Below are positions 27,701 through 34,276 of a stretch of 64,000 bases of DNA, one piece after another. A model generated the notes under the pieces. It was given only the letters and a program-made list of their open reading frames with translations, searched no databases and was not told the DNA's origin. Each line of letters begins with the position of its first letter. The first letter of the stretch is position 1. The stretch covers positions 157,888 to 221,887 of the forward strand of contig CAVRCI010000013.1 in NCBI GenBank assembly GCA_963719495.1, written 5' to 3'. The position numbers were made by a program, and so were the translations under genes. Origin of the DNA: an uncultured Verrucomicrobiae bacterium. GTDB lineage: Bacteria > Verrucomicrobiota > Verrucomicrobiia > Chthoniobacterales > JAATET01.

Positions 27701-30551
27701 CCGGCTGGGCGAAGTCCGGAGACGCCGGATCCGCGAGCAGGATCGTCGCATCGTAGGTCGACGCGTTGTAGGCGGTGAAATTCAGACTTCCGCCCGGAGC
27801 CGTGATGTCGCCCGCCAGCGTGATATTGCGGCCCAGCAAGGTGAGCGAACCTCCCACCGGACCCACGATCGCCTCGCCGCGTGGGACGATCACGTCGCCG
27901 TCGCGATTATCCACCGTCACCGAGCCGAAGCCCGCGTCGCTCAGCAACTCAGGTGACAAAATGACCGTTTCCTGCCGGTCCGACCGCAGCGAGATTTGAA
28001 ACGACCCGTCCGTGTCGACAAACGGGTTGTCGTCGGGATCAAGCAGGAAGGGCGTGCCGTTCCGGGTGAGCGACAGCGGCTTGCCGTCGGCATCCACGGC
28101 GAAGGCGTCCGCCGCGGCCAGGTTTGAGTTCCGCTGGAAGACCACCGTCGGCGGCGTCGGCGAGATGAAAGGTTCCAGGATGCCCACCAGATCCGTCGGA
28201 TCCTGCGAGCGGAAGGTCAGCTCGAGCTGTCCCGCCGTCGGGAGAACGGAGTCGCCCTGCGCGTCGCGGAGCTGGCGCGGCCCGATCACGGTCCGGCCCG
28301 CCAATTTTCCATCGAGCGCCATCGCCGGGGCCGTGATCGCGATCCGACCGGCGTCGGAACCCTCGATGTAGGCCTGATCGAAGAATTCTCCGTCGAACGT
28401 GAGCGGACGGCGGAAGGTCCGCGTGATGCCGTATTTTTCGTTCGTCGTCGTCGTCGTGTCCGAGAAGAAGCCGTCGTAGACCCGATCCGGCGTCGCGTCG
28501 GCGATGTCGATCACTTGCCCGCCGACGAGCAGCCGCGTCGTGCGCACGAACCCACCTTCGTTCTGGAAAAACCCGCCCGACGTGTCGACCGTCGACCCGG
28601 CTTCGAGCACCACGGAATCCCCCGCGTTCATTGTCACCGACCCGCCGAGCGTCGTGAGCTGCCCGGCGTTCCGTTGGATCAACCCGACGAAGCCCGCCGC
28701 GTCCCCCAGCGGCGTGCCAACGAAAAATTTTCCGTTGAAAACCCCGTTCCGCCGCACGTCGATCCGCAGGTCGATCCCCCGCAGGAACGAGTCCCGCTGC
28801 AAGGGCGAGTCGGCCAGCTCCGCGCCGCGCAACTGCACGTCGAGGATGGATTGCGAAAGCGGCACGAACGCATCGGGCGTGCCCGCCACGTCGATGAACG
28901 CATCCCGCGCGGCCTGAATCCGCCCGCCGAAGAAGACAAATCTCGACTGCGGAGCGAAGTCCGACGGCACGAACTTGAAAGTCCCCGCGTTCAGCGTCAC
29001 GTCGGCGTTGGGCGCCAGCATCATCGAGCCACGCTCGAAATTGATCCCCTGACCCTGCGCGTTGATCTGGGAGCGCAGGGTCAATTCCGTTCCGACCACC
29101 ATCTCGTCGCTGTCCAGCTCCGGCAGGATCCGGGTCACACTGTCCTCGCCGAAGCGAATCGTTCCCGTCGAGCGATAGAGCACCGGCGGGTTGCTGGCGA
29201 CACTCGCCGGGTCGAAATTCGGATTGATCAGACCGTCGTAATTCGATTGCAGGTCGATGCGCCCGTTGAATGACACCGAAGTCGAACTATCGATGACCGC
29301 GAGCTGATTCACCTGGCGGCCCGCGATCGTCACGTTGCCGCGAGGTGCGGTGATCAACCCAAGGTTCGTTGCCGCCCCGCCAGTCGGCAAAGCCGAATCC
29401 ACCGCGCTTGAGACCGCGCCGATGAACACGTCGAGTCCGCGGAGGCTCGGATCCGCCGCGTCGTGTCCCGCGATCCCGACCTGCAGTCCCGCCGCCAGGA
29501 TCGTCTGGCCATCCTCGGTCGATATCGTCCCGGCGTTCTCGACGTTCGGGCCGACCAGCATGACCCGGCCACCGACGTTGTCCGCCGAGGTCGGACTCTT
29601 GATCCGCGCGCCGGCCCGCACTTCGACGTCCCCGGGACGACCGTCCGCCGTGAGCGGAGTCGCGGGATTGAACGCCGGCGTCCCCTTGCTCCCCGCCTCG
29701 AGCGGGATGGAGGAAAAAAGGAACTGCGCGTCGGGATTGTTCAGAAGTCCGCGCTGGACCAGTCCGTCGTTGATCGGCAGCGACGAGGCGACCAGCGTGT
29801 GCGTGTTCACCTGACTCGTCCCGCCGAAGATGATGCCGTTCTGGTTGATGACGTAAACCTGACCTTCCGCGCGGATCGATCCGAGGATTTGGCTGGGTGC
29901 ACCCGACGGATCGAGGATGCGGTTGAAGGCGATCCAATTCGTGACGTTGTCGCCAGCCTTCCGCTGATTGAAAAACACGGTCGTTTTTTTCCCAACGTTA
30001 AAGGTCTTCCACGTCAGTAACGCCTGCGGGTCGGTCTGCTTGATGGTGACGATGGTCTCGCCGTCCTTCGTCCGCTTCTGGGTCGGTAATTTTGCGCCGG
30101 TGTAGAGTTCGGGATCCTCGCCGTCCTCCGGGCGACGGAGATTTTTCGGCACGCCGGGTGCCAGGTTCAACCCATTCTCCTTGAGACCGTTCGGCACGTT
30201 CTTCAGCCGCGGTGTGCCGAGGCGCTGATTCAGCCCGTTGGGCAGCGGAATGCGCTGGAAGTTCGGGTTCCTCCCGAGGTTGTTGCCCTTCTTCGCCGCG
30301 GCCGCTGCCCGGGCCGCCGCCTGCATCTGCTTGACGGACTGCATCGCCTGCGTCGTCCGCGAGAGTCGGTCCTTCGCGTTCTGCCGGGCGGCGGCCGCCG
30401 CGGCGTCACCCGCTCCGGCCGTGCCGTCCGCCGGATTCCGACGCGACGCCTGGCCACTCGCGCCGCCGCGCAGCAGATCGCCGCCAAACGCCGACGCGCC
30501 CGCCAGCACCAGGCAGGCGAGCAATCGAACGGCGAGGACCCGGCGGAGCAT
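18708..30551 (-). CDS. Giant two-partner-secretion exoprotein (TpsA; filamentous haemagglutinin family), 3,947 aa
   Basis: Signal peptide, then an Ala/Gln-rich extension of about 170 aa. TPS (haemagg_act-like) domain: LTWKTFNVGKKTTVFFNQ...ILGSIRAEGQVYVINQNGIIFGGTSQVNTHTLVASSL. A long degenerate beta-helical repeat body follows. C-terminal region: GDISVFTDDSVDIG...IIWSSTGDIAAGSSAKT...LIAPVGVVDAGDAGIRATGNLTVAA...SIFVVEVVGYGGG, as in giant FHA-family proteins. No VENN/CdiA-CT-type boundary was seen. Confidence 0.9.
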   Translation of the reverse strand: MLRRVLAVRLLACLVLAGASAFGGDLLRGGASGQASRRNPADGTAGAGDAAAAAARQNAKDRLSRTTQAMQSVKQMQAAARAAAAAKKGNNLGRNPNFQRIPLPNGLNQRLGTPRLKNVPNGLKENGLNLAPGVPKNLRRPEDGEDPELYTGAKLPTQKRTKDGETIVTIKQTDPQALLTWKTFNVGKKTTVFFNQRKAGDNVTNWIAFNRILDPSGAPSQILGSIRAEGQVYVINQNGIIFGGTSQVNTHTLVASSLPINDGLVQRGLLNNPDAQFLFSSIPLEAGSKGTPAFNPATPLTADGRPGDVEVRAGARIKSPTSADNVGGRVMLVGPNVENAGTISTEDGQTILAAGLQVGIAGHDAADPSLRGLDVFIGAVSSAVDSALPTGGAATNLGLITAPRGNVTIAGRQVNQLAVIDSSTSVSFNGRIDLQSNYDGLINPNFDPASVASNPPVLYRSTGTIRFGEDSVTRILPELDSDEMVVGTELTLRSQINAQGQGINFERGSMMLAPNADVTLNAGTFKFVPSDFAPQSRFVFFGGRIQAARDAFIDVAGTPDAFVPLSQSILDVQLRGAELADSPLQRDSFLRGIDLRIDVRRNGVFNGKFFVGTPLGDAAGFVGLIQRNAGQLTTLGGSVTMNAGDSVVLEAGSTVDTSGGFFQNEGGFVRTTRLLVGGQVIDIADATPDRVYDGFFSDTTTTTNEKYGITRTFRRPLTFDGEFFDQAYIEGSDAGRIAITAPAMALDGKLAGRTVIGPRQLRDAQGDSVLPTAGQLELTFRSQDPTDLVGILEPFISPTPPTVVFQRNSNLAAADAFAVDADGKPLSLTRNGTPFLLDPDDNPFVDTDGSFQISLRSDRQETVILSPELLSDAGFGSVTVDNRDGDVIVPRGEAIVGPVGGSLTLLGRNITLAGDITAPGGSLNFTAYNASTYDATILLADPASPDFAQPDVDPTAGIFTLARGTRLSTAGLLVDDRLESASRRSLPLRTDGGEILIEAFTARMRGGSVVDVSGGLVVNADADIDYGDAGRIAILAGRDPNLTGVTGGDLRLGGELLGFSGAKGGALELRSTLVRVGREPRRPGKLVLDPSFFDEGGFGSFSLAGIGVDATFTIGNFGTFSLEDFVRDRDPDKPIVYRPAVVIAAGTELAPVAQNLQAFAVRDEPVRVQRQVDRLSDRTPVSLAFTALGARDTFLQSLSVRGDLVMGAGASIRTDPGASVSLKGDTIVVRGGITAPGGTITVDGADSLPSRDAAPTEAFATVFIAPGARLSTEGTAIRTFNAFGNRTGFVLPGGTINLSGNVYAAAGSVLDVSGARTTIDVAPAVLGLNSRLGRGPVDGPLIPQTSGLNSPLFAFRTVPVQLDSDAGTINLEGGELLFVDSTLIGRRGGPTALGGEVNVSSGRFYDANDLERLPTDVTLQVSQSDRAIPAFDPNAVFSPIVFLRSDDRKVIGNPVRDGNGNKLDAFGRFTADRFQEGGFESLTLDGTVEFRGDVRLDAGRRITVASGGVIYADGDVDLRAPYVEIGTPFAPPVRADDALATSVFNSLGSPFFFAPTTGSGKLTVRGRVIDIGNLSLQTIRRASFIAEGGDIRGNGTLSIAGRIVMNANQIYPTTGADFNIFAYDFVGRDRNVIPTEFVIPPDQPRLPLPSRVVAKEGLIQFFASGTSPLPLSAGGSLNAYATVIEQGGNLRAPIGSISLGFDGTGTVPVDLLTGNTLPVPVTRRLVLGRGSTTSTSAVDPLTGEALLIPYGLNVNDTSFFDPAGFDITAGGVPTKSVRVGASSLATARDSLIDLRGGGDLFAYRFVAGQGGSVDLLGTAPGAWSAGQDYEAGDLVTFDGITFSARQDSMGVAPEPNLFWTAVPERFAVVPEFQGEVAPFAPFSRSTNAPDIASDPGYLSRTLSAGDRVFLNASSALPEGDYTLLPPRYALLPGAVLVTPRSTDPRLETLAQPDGTRLVSGYRYNGLNRDRDVPTVFSSFEVLDRGNVLNRAEYRLLTANRFLSNRARALEVDVPRLPIDAGRLVLQGLDRLVVRGGVLGSAPMGGRGARIDISTPLNILVTGRGIDTATAEFPPDLFGVGTFGQPETAVARIRASLLNSFDAESLFLGGERIDVANGTFVRTLSSGIFLDNAGTPLVGPEIVLSANRLITLAPGSSVIQRGSLGGEADRLLLRRDGVLVRVSSDFDATTLRTGVTPSREPSLFVGRGSVISGTSVLLDSTYSTTLARRAVIEGESIGLNSGQITVALRKPGKIEPTVGLILRGRLLRQLGDARSLSLLSYSTFDVYGSGQFRGGDFLSINAGEIRSFQTGKRPARFFADSVLLGNAGNVTVPEPAAAVEGEVPEPPRGGLAFTGRTIELAANDLAFRDFATLEFTADRRLRFTGEGALTTDGTLTVTTPSISGGRSAIRTITAAGDVALLAAGGKARPGSGGLGANLSITGTSVRADSAISLPSGLLTLRATEGDVTVGGRLDVSGRRISIYDIVRFTDAGNVSLISDRGSVLLGEDSVIDVSSDPRRGDAGRIAVEAGLGDFVAGGTLLGGGSRRGASGSFQLDVSEIENLGGLDEVLNIANFNALRDYRIRSGDVRIDGEAKAAVYRLATDAGSIRVAGRIDASGVTGGRIELKASGSVVLADGAVLDASGKKFDAAGKGGSVLLEAGSQIDGVIDETGQIEILRGSLINLRVAQARENSQEDRGWFTGTLHLRAPRTAAGDDLAIAAIAGEIRGASSVIAEGYRLYDLTGVGEEITTGLRNTINSDAATFLGAAGTESANYGAMRTRLVGDDGALGSILTIRPGVEIVNRTGDLRLGSEFSPQNNDWNLATFRFGPRSVPGILTLRASEDLVFFNTLSDGFFTSAFNSRLVERNPEVPLNAQSWSYRLAAGADFTAADFSRVLALGLLAADKGSFKIGKPTGTGAAFPSGSNASTRNTIPRSFQVIRTGSGDIDIVAGRDIQLLNQIASIYTVGTQVADATLGGTYDVPFLNANGGQFFLGAVQQNPGYQPQFTMGGGDVTLEAGRDIARYRLDFDGVTLLTDSSRQLPINWLYRVGFVDPETGAFGAGRFDGPTFPQILSTSWWVDFSNFFEGVGALGGGNVSLLAGNNVTNVDAVVPTNARSPKGIPNADALVELGGGDLTVRAGNAIDGGVYYVERGRGLLDAGSEIRTNSSRSPSVGVFANQAPLDELTWLPTTLFLGKGSFDVRARGDILLGPVANPFLLPGGYNNTYWYKSYFSTYDPKSAVDVTSLGGSVTLRESVVLPTVGAGGSTPTLLAWFQNVLVFDAQRTTASTFQPWLRLNETSVASFSTVVGLKPPTLRVTAFSGDINVAGDLTLAPAPNGTLELIAGGAINGLQPQGVTTVNGAPVVGFGSSRIIVSDADPANVPGIESPFAYQSLVGTTGLARQSGDDFLFFVNALFAETGAPTLDLQTRQALHSSDLLHRDDPDPVRLYASNGSISGLTLFSPKVTRIFAGRDITDVSFYLQQTSETDTTVISAGRDILLYNANSPGRSAAVASGNQLNLGEVPLAGDIQLGGPGVLEILAGRDLDLGTGENNADGTGVGITTLGNSRNAALPFTGSSVIAIAGLRETAEGLAGSNLDFDAFIEAFLFEDVDDPTATTAAGGLGGLGGLGDLTLEEFLALPNVRRNQLALDVFYDVLRTTGRRAVDPASPTFQNYDRGFEAIDALFNGRYRGELLTRARDVRTRSGGGIQLLAPGGGLTLANSTLGAALVPPGIVTESGGDISVFTDDSVDIGIGRIFTLRGGNQIIWSSTGDIAAGSSAKTVQSAPPTRVLLDPSSADVQTDLAGLATGGGIGVLATVRGIPPGDVDLIAPVGVVDAGDAGIRATGNLTVAATEFRNAGNSVAGGTTTGAPAPAVVSAPNVGGLTSAAGTAGAAQSSADDAAGNFQPTAAPREEAPSIFVVEVVGYGGGAVSASSEPTPTPEPAAR
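19661..19687. repeat. In-frame 9-bp perfect tandem repeat (CGCCCAGTC)x3 inside tpsA
   Basis: cgcccagtc x3, then a degenerate cgcccgccg. Encodes the GGLGGLGGLG tract near the TpsA C-terminal region. Confidence 0.85.
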
Positions 30552-30564
30552 CGAAAAAGGGCGG

Positions 30565-31455
30565 TTAGTTCTTCGGCAGCAACTCGCCGAGTTTCATCTC
30601 GTTGATCGCGACCGGGTTCACCTGCAGCAGCTGCGCGACGTATTCCTGGCTGTTCTGCTCGGCCTTCGCCTGCCGCATCCGCTGGACGAGGGCGTCCCGC
30701 ACCTCCGCGAGGTCGGGGGTGTAGGCCGGCTTGGTCTCAAGCACTTTGACGATGTGAAAACCATCCTCGAGCTGGATGGCGGGCGACACTTTTCCGGCGT
30801 CGAGCTGCCCGATCTCATCGCGAATCCCGGGCTGGATCTGCGCTTCGGTGAGCCAGCCGATCTCACCACCCTTCGCGGCACTCTGCGGCTCTTCGCTGCG
30901 GGCCTTGGCGATGGCGGAGAAATCCGAACCCGATTTCCCCAGGCTGGTTTGGATCTCATCGATCTTCACCTTCGCCACGGCGGTCGCCTCCTGGTCGGCG
31001 TCCCGCGGCAGCGCCACGAAGATCTGCGCGAGTCGGACCTGATCCGGCACCTTCAACGCGGATTGGTTTTCGTTGTAGGCGGCCTCGACTTCGGCGTCGC
31101 TCGGGTAGTCCTTCGCGGGTTCCGCCTTGGCTTCGAGGTAAGCTTGCGTGATGGCCCTTTCACGCAATTGCGCCAGCTCTGCCGCGATCTTGGGCGTGTC
31201 GGCGAATTCCTCCTTTGTCGCGGTCTGGAGAACGAGCTGCTGGACGACGAGCGAACGGACGAACTGGTTGAGCAACGCCGGATTTGCGGCGAGAGCCTGC
31301 TTCTCCTGGTCGCTCAGCGCCTCGATGCGCGGCTGGAGGTCGTCGACGGTGATCTCGACGTCGCCGGCTCGGGCGACCGGGTCGGCGGCGTGAAGGGAAA
31401 CGGAACCCGCGATCAGGATCGCGGCGGTCAGGTGGGTGTGGATACGGATTTTCAT
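30565..31455 (-). CDS. Parvulin-type peptidyl-prolyl isomerase (SurA/PrsA/Par27-like periplasmic chaperone)
   Basis: Trimmed to ATG 31455 (MKIRIHTHLTAAILIAGSVSLHA, a signal peptide). Rotamase core: VRLAQIFVALP...FSAIAKARSEEPQSAAKGGEIGWLTEAQIQPGIRDEIGQLDAGKVSPAIQLEDGFHIVKVLE. Stop is 14 nt before the tpsA start; the start overlaps the upstream stop as ATGA. Confidence 0.8.
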   Translation of the reverse strand: MKIRIHTHLTAAILIAGSVSLHAADPVARAGDVEITVDDLQPRIEALSDQEKQALAANPALLNQFVRSLVVQQLVLQTATKEEFADTPKIAAELAQLRERAITQAYLEAKAEPAKDYPSDAEVEAAYNENQSALKVPDQVRLAQIFVALPRDADQEATAVAKVKIDEIQTSLGKSGSDFSAIAKARSEEPQSAAKGGEIGWLTEAQIQPGIRDEIGQLDAGKVSPAIQLEDGFHIVKVLETKPAYTPDLAEVRDALVQRMRQAKAEQNSQEYVAQLLQVNPVAINEMKLGELLPKN

Positions 31456-32129
31456 TGTCTGATCTTTTGTTCGGCGAGGTCGTCGCCGTAGTCCTGCATG
31501 AGGTTTTGAAACTTCACCCGCGTCGTGCCGACGAAGGGCTCGCGGGTCGTGATCGCGTCGCCGAGACCGAAGCCTTCGTAGCGGTCGAGGATCTCTTTCC
31601 CGACCGCGTAGAGCTTCCGGTTCGTCGCGGCGTATTCGTCGTTGGTGCGCTGGAGCAGGATCGCCTTCGCGGCGAGCTCCGCCCGCTTGGCCTCGGTCGC
31701 CTTCGCGTAGTCGGTGAGCTGGCCGTAGGATTTCTTCCACTTCGCCAAGGCCTGGATTTGGACGGCGTTCCGAGTGTCCTGCTCGGCGACTTCCTTCTCG
31801 AGGACGGCGATCCGCTCGGCGGCGATCTCGCTGTCTTCGGTCGATTTTTTCTCGAGCTTCGCGAGCTTGGATTCAAGGGATTTGATCTGATTCTCGTTCT
31901 GAAGCTGCGTTCCCTGGAGCGCCGCGATCTGACCCTGCGCGTCGCGCAGCTGGACGAGGGTGCTCTTCAACTGGTCGCGGAGCTGGACCTCGGCCTCGGT
32001 CGGCCCCTCCTGCGCGAAACCAACCGTCACGCAGGCAAGCGCCAAGAAGATCGCGGCGCCCCGCCGACACGATCCCGAAGGGATCCCACCCCCAGCAGGT
32101 CGGGGTTGAAAACCCCGGCATTCGACCAC
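31452..32129 (-). CDS. Coiled-coil periplasmic protein (hypothetical)
   Basis: Heptad-rich sequence (LRDQLKSTLVQLRDAQGQIAALQGTQLQNENQIKSLESKLAKLEKK...) preceded by the hydrophobic AAIFLALACVTVGFAQE. The start is uncertain: GTG 32129 is proposed, and the track ATG at 32309 would read through a hairpin-repeat cluster. Confidence 0.5.
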   Translation of the reverse strand: MVECRGFQPRPAGGGIPSGSCRRGAAIFLALACVTVGFAQEGPTEAEVQLRDQLKSTLVQLRDAQGQIAALQGTQLQNENQIKSLESKLAKLEKKSTEDSEIAAERIAVLEKEVAEQDTRNAVQIQALAKWKKSYGQLTDYAKATEAKRAELAAKAILLQRTNDEYAATNRKLYAVGKEILDRYEGFGLGDAITTREPFVGTTRVKFQNLMQDYGDDLAEQKIRQ

Positions 32130-32268
32130 CCAACGGCATCGATCCCGGAGGGATCGCACCCACTCGGATAAAAGCACGGCTGCGATCCCTCCGGGATCGA
32201 TGCTGCTCCCGCGGGCCGATCCGGGGGTCTTCGACCCCCGGCTGCTGACGCTGGGATCCCTTCGGGAT
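32071..32268. repeat. Cluster of short perfect hairpins (4x GATCCC-N3-GGGATC plus others), REP/BIME-like
   Basis: gatccc-gaa-gggatc (32071-85), cggggtt-gaa-aaccccg (32101-17), gatccc-gga-gggatc (32141-55), gggatcgca...tgcgatccc (32150-89), gatccc-tcc-gggatc (32184-98), ccgggggtc-ttc-gacccccgg (32221-41) and gatccc-ttc-gggatc (32254-68). All lie between the porin-like gene stop (32313) and the coiled-coil gene. Confidence 0.85.
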
Positions 32269-32312
32269 CGCGTCCCGCCGGTCGGTATTTGCGTTGCAAT
32301 TTGGTTCATGAG

Positions 32313-34265
32313 TTAGAATTTGGCGTTGAGATCGAGTTGGAAGCGGTCTTCTCGGAGCCGCGGGCCGGCGATGCTTTCGCCGCTCAGGTAGCTGGCCGTG
32401 AACCACACGTTCTTGGACAGCGCGACGCTGCCGCTCACGGTGTAGCCCTTGAGATTCGTGCCGCCGCCGCCGAAGTTCGAGTCGTTGAATCCATCGACGA
32501 CCGAGTCAGACTCGACGTAGCGGTAGCCAAACGCGACGCCCCAGTCCCACCGCTTGGCCAGCTTGGCCGTGCCGACCTCGACGCCCACGATCCACGCGTT
32601 CCCGCCGCCGATGAAGTCGCCGACGTCCGACAGATCGTCCGGGTCGATGTCCCCTCGATTGTTCACCGCGATGTCGTTGATCGCTCCCTGGTCGAACGCC
32701 AGGTTCTTGACGTAGTCGCCAAAGACGGAGATCACGACCGGCTCGAAATAGGTGAGACTCAGCCGACCCGCGAAAGCGAGATTCTGAAACTCGGTCGCGA
32801 GTCCGTAATATTGAAACTGGTTGATGGTCCCGAAGTTGTTCGCTTCGGTCGGAATGATGTTGCGGATCGGGCGGTAGGTGTTGCCCTTCTGCGCGAACAT
32901 CGGGCGGCTGTTGTCGGTGCTCCCGGCGTCGTTCGAATCGAGCGGCACGTAGGGGTCCGAGAGTTGGCCCTCGATGTTGTCGAAATAAAAGTAACCGAGC
33001 GCCGTCGTCACGTTCACGTGCTTCGTGACATCCCAATCGAGGCCGCCCTGGATCGCGTAGAGGTATTTGTCGTAGCTCTCGATTTTGTCGGGCGAGTTGC
33101 TGGGGAAATCGAACGCGGTGTTGAAGATGGGAAATAGACCCGTCGTGAAAAACGGCGTGAGCCCGAAGCCGACGTCATACCGGGCGCTGGCCGCGATCCC
33201 GTCGAACGCGATGTCGTTGTCCCACATGATCTGCGACGTCCGGAAGAACGGGTTATCGAAACGCCCAACCTCGATCCCGATGCTGCGGTCGGGTCCCTGC
33301 GTCAGCTCGTATTTGATGAACGCGCGGTCGATCCAGATCGAATACTTTTGGAAGTTCCCGTCGGGCGATCCGAGAGTCTGGTTCGCCGACACGGGGGAAT
33401 TGCTGTTGCCGGACGCCAACCGGAATCCGGTGGTGAAGCCGTCGCCCAGCTGGATCTCCGCGCCGAGCCGCAACCGAATCCGCAGACGACTGCGGTTGTC
33501 GCTCACGTTCAACTGCGGGGAAAATTCGTCGCCCGTCACGTCGAACGGCGCGCCACTGTTGATCGCGTCGAAGTTCGGAAACACGCCCGAATCATCGTTC
33601 CCGCTCGGAAAACGAACGCCCTCGTAGCGGAACCGCACGTCCGCGAAGGGCCGCACGTCGCGCACCCAGCTCGGCAGAAAGGAGTCATCCGCGAGCAGCT
33701 CGGCCTTCGTCGCCGCCAGCACGTCTTCCTTGATCTCATCGCGGATCTGATTTCGCACGAAGCTTGGCACGTAGGTCACCCGCACCGATTCCTCGTCCAG
33801 GGGCGGGGGCGTGTTCGCGATGAGCGTCTCCGCGGCGGCGTTCGTCTCCGAGATCGCCTGCGTCGCGAGGGCGTCCTTCGTCCGCGCGATCTCGGCGTCC
33901 ATCTCGGCCTGCGCGATCAACTCGGCGGCGTCCTCGCGGGTGAGGATGCCTTTCTCGACCAGGCGGTTGATCAGATTAATCGTCACGCTGTGCGACGGCG
34001 ACGGGAGATCGTTCACGTCGAGCGGCCGCTCGGGCTCGAAGTCGGGCGGCGTCAGCAAATCGGGAGCCGCCGCGAGGTCGTAATCCCCGTCGCCCATCGG
34101 CAGCGCCTCGGCGGAAACGTCGACCGTCTCGGTGCGCTCGGCGTTCACCGCTTCAATCGGGACGTTCGCGGAAGCGTTCGTGATTTCCTGCGGCGTCTGC
34201 GCGTGAAGGACGCCCGCGGCCAGGGCGGCGAAAGCGGTTCGAATGGAAGTGCTCCTCAGTTTCAT
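32313..34265 (-). CDS. Outer-membrane beta-barrel (putative porin family-like) with long N-terminal periplasmic extension
   Basis: Trimmed to ATG 34265 (MKLRSTSIRTAFAALAAGVLHAQT, a signal peptide). The C-terminal roughly 450 aa show alternating amphipathic strands and end ...DRFQLDLNAKF with a terminal Phe, an OMP signature. The N-terminal roughly 200 aa are non-barrel and include ETVDVSA (nt 34110-34130). Starts 11 nt after the tonB stop. Confidence 0.6.
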   Translation of the reverse strand: MKLRSTSIRTAFAALAAGVLHAQTPQEITNASANVPIEAVNAERTETVDVSAEALPMGDGDYDLAAAPDLLTPPDFEPERPLDVNDLPSPSHSVTINLINRLVEKGILTREDAAELIAQAEMDAEIARTKDALATQAISETNAAAETLIANTPPPLDEESVRVTYVPSFVRNQIRDEIKEDVLAATKAELLADDSFLPSWVRDVRPFADVRFRYEGVRFPSGNDDSGVFPNFDAINSGAPFDVTGDEFSPQLNVSDNRSRLRIRLRLGAEIQLGDGFTTGFRLASGNSNSPVSANQTLGSPDGNFQKYSIWIDRAFIKYELTQGPDRSIGIEVGRFDNPFFRTSQIMWDNDIAFDGIAASARYDVGFGLTPFFTTGLFPIFNTAFDFPSNSPDKIESYDKYLYAIQGGLDWDVTKHVNVTTALGYFYFDNIEGQLSDPYVPLDSNDAGSTDNSRPMFAQKGNTYRPIRNIIPTEANNFGTINQFQYYGLATEFQNLAFAGRLSLTYFEPVVISVFGDYVKNLAFDQGAINDIAVNNRGDIDPDDLSDVGDFIGGGNAWIVGVEVGTAKLAKRWDWGVAFGYRYVESDSVVDGFNDSNFGGGGTNLKGYTVSGSVALSKNVWFTASYLSGESIAGPRLREDRFQLDLNAKF

Positions 34266-34276
34266 CAAATTAGTCT

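Noticed and set aside
18690-30020. Many long plus-strand or alternative-frame ORFs inside the tpsA region, for example 18690-20174 (494 aa), 21687-22934 (415 aa) and 23914-24666 (250 aa).
   Set aside because: They are antisense or out of frame to a 3,947-aa ORF with a clear TPS domain. Their translations are Arg/Pro/Gly-rich low-complexity strings typical of non-coding frames in GC-rich DNA.
31452-32309. Full 285-aa version of the coiled-coil ORF starting at ATG 32309.
   Set aside because: The first roughly 60 codons read straight through the cluster of perfect hairpin repeats (32071-32268) and encode Arg/Gly/Ser-rich sequence. A GTG at 32129 preceding the hydrophobic segment is more plausible, though still uncertain.
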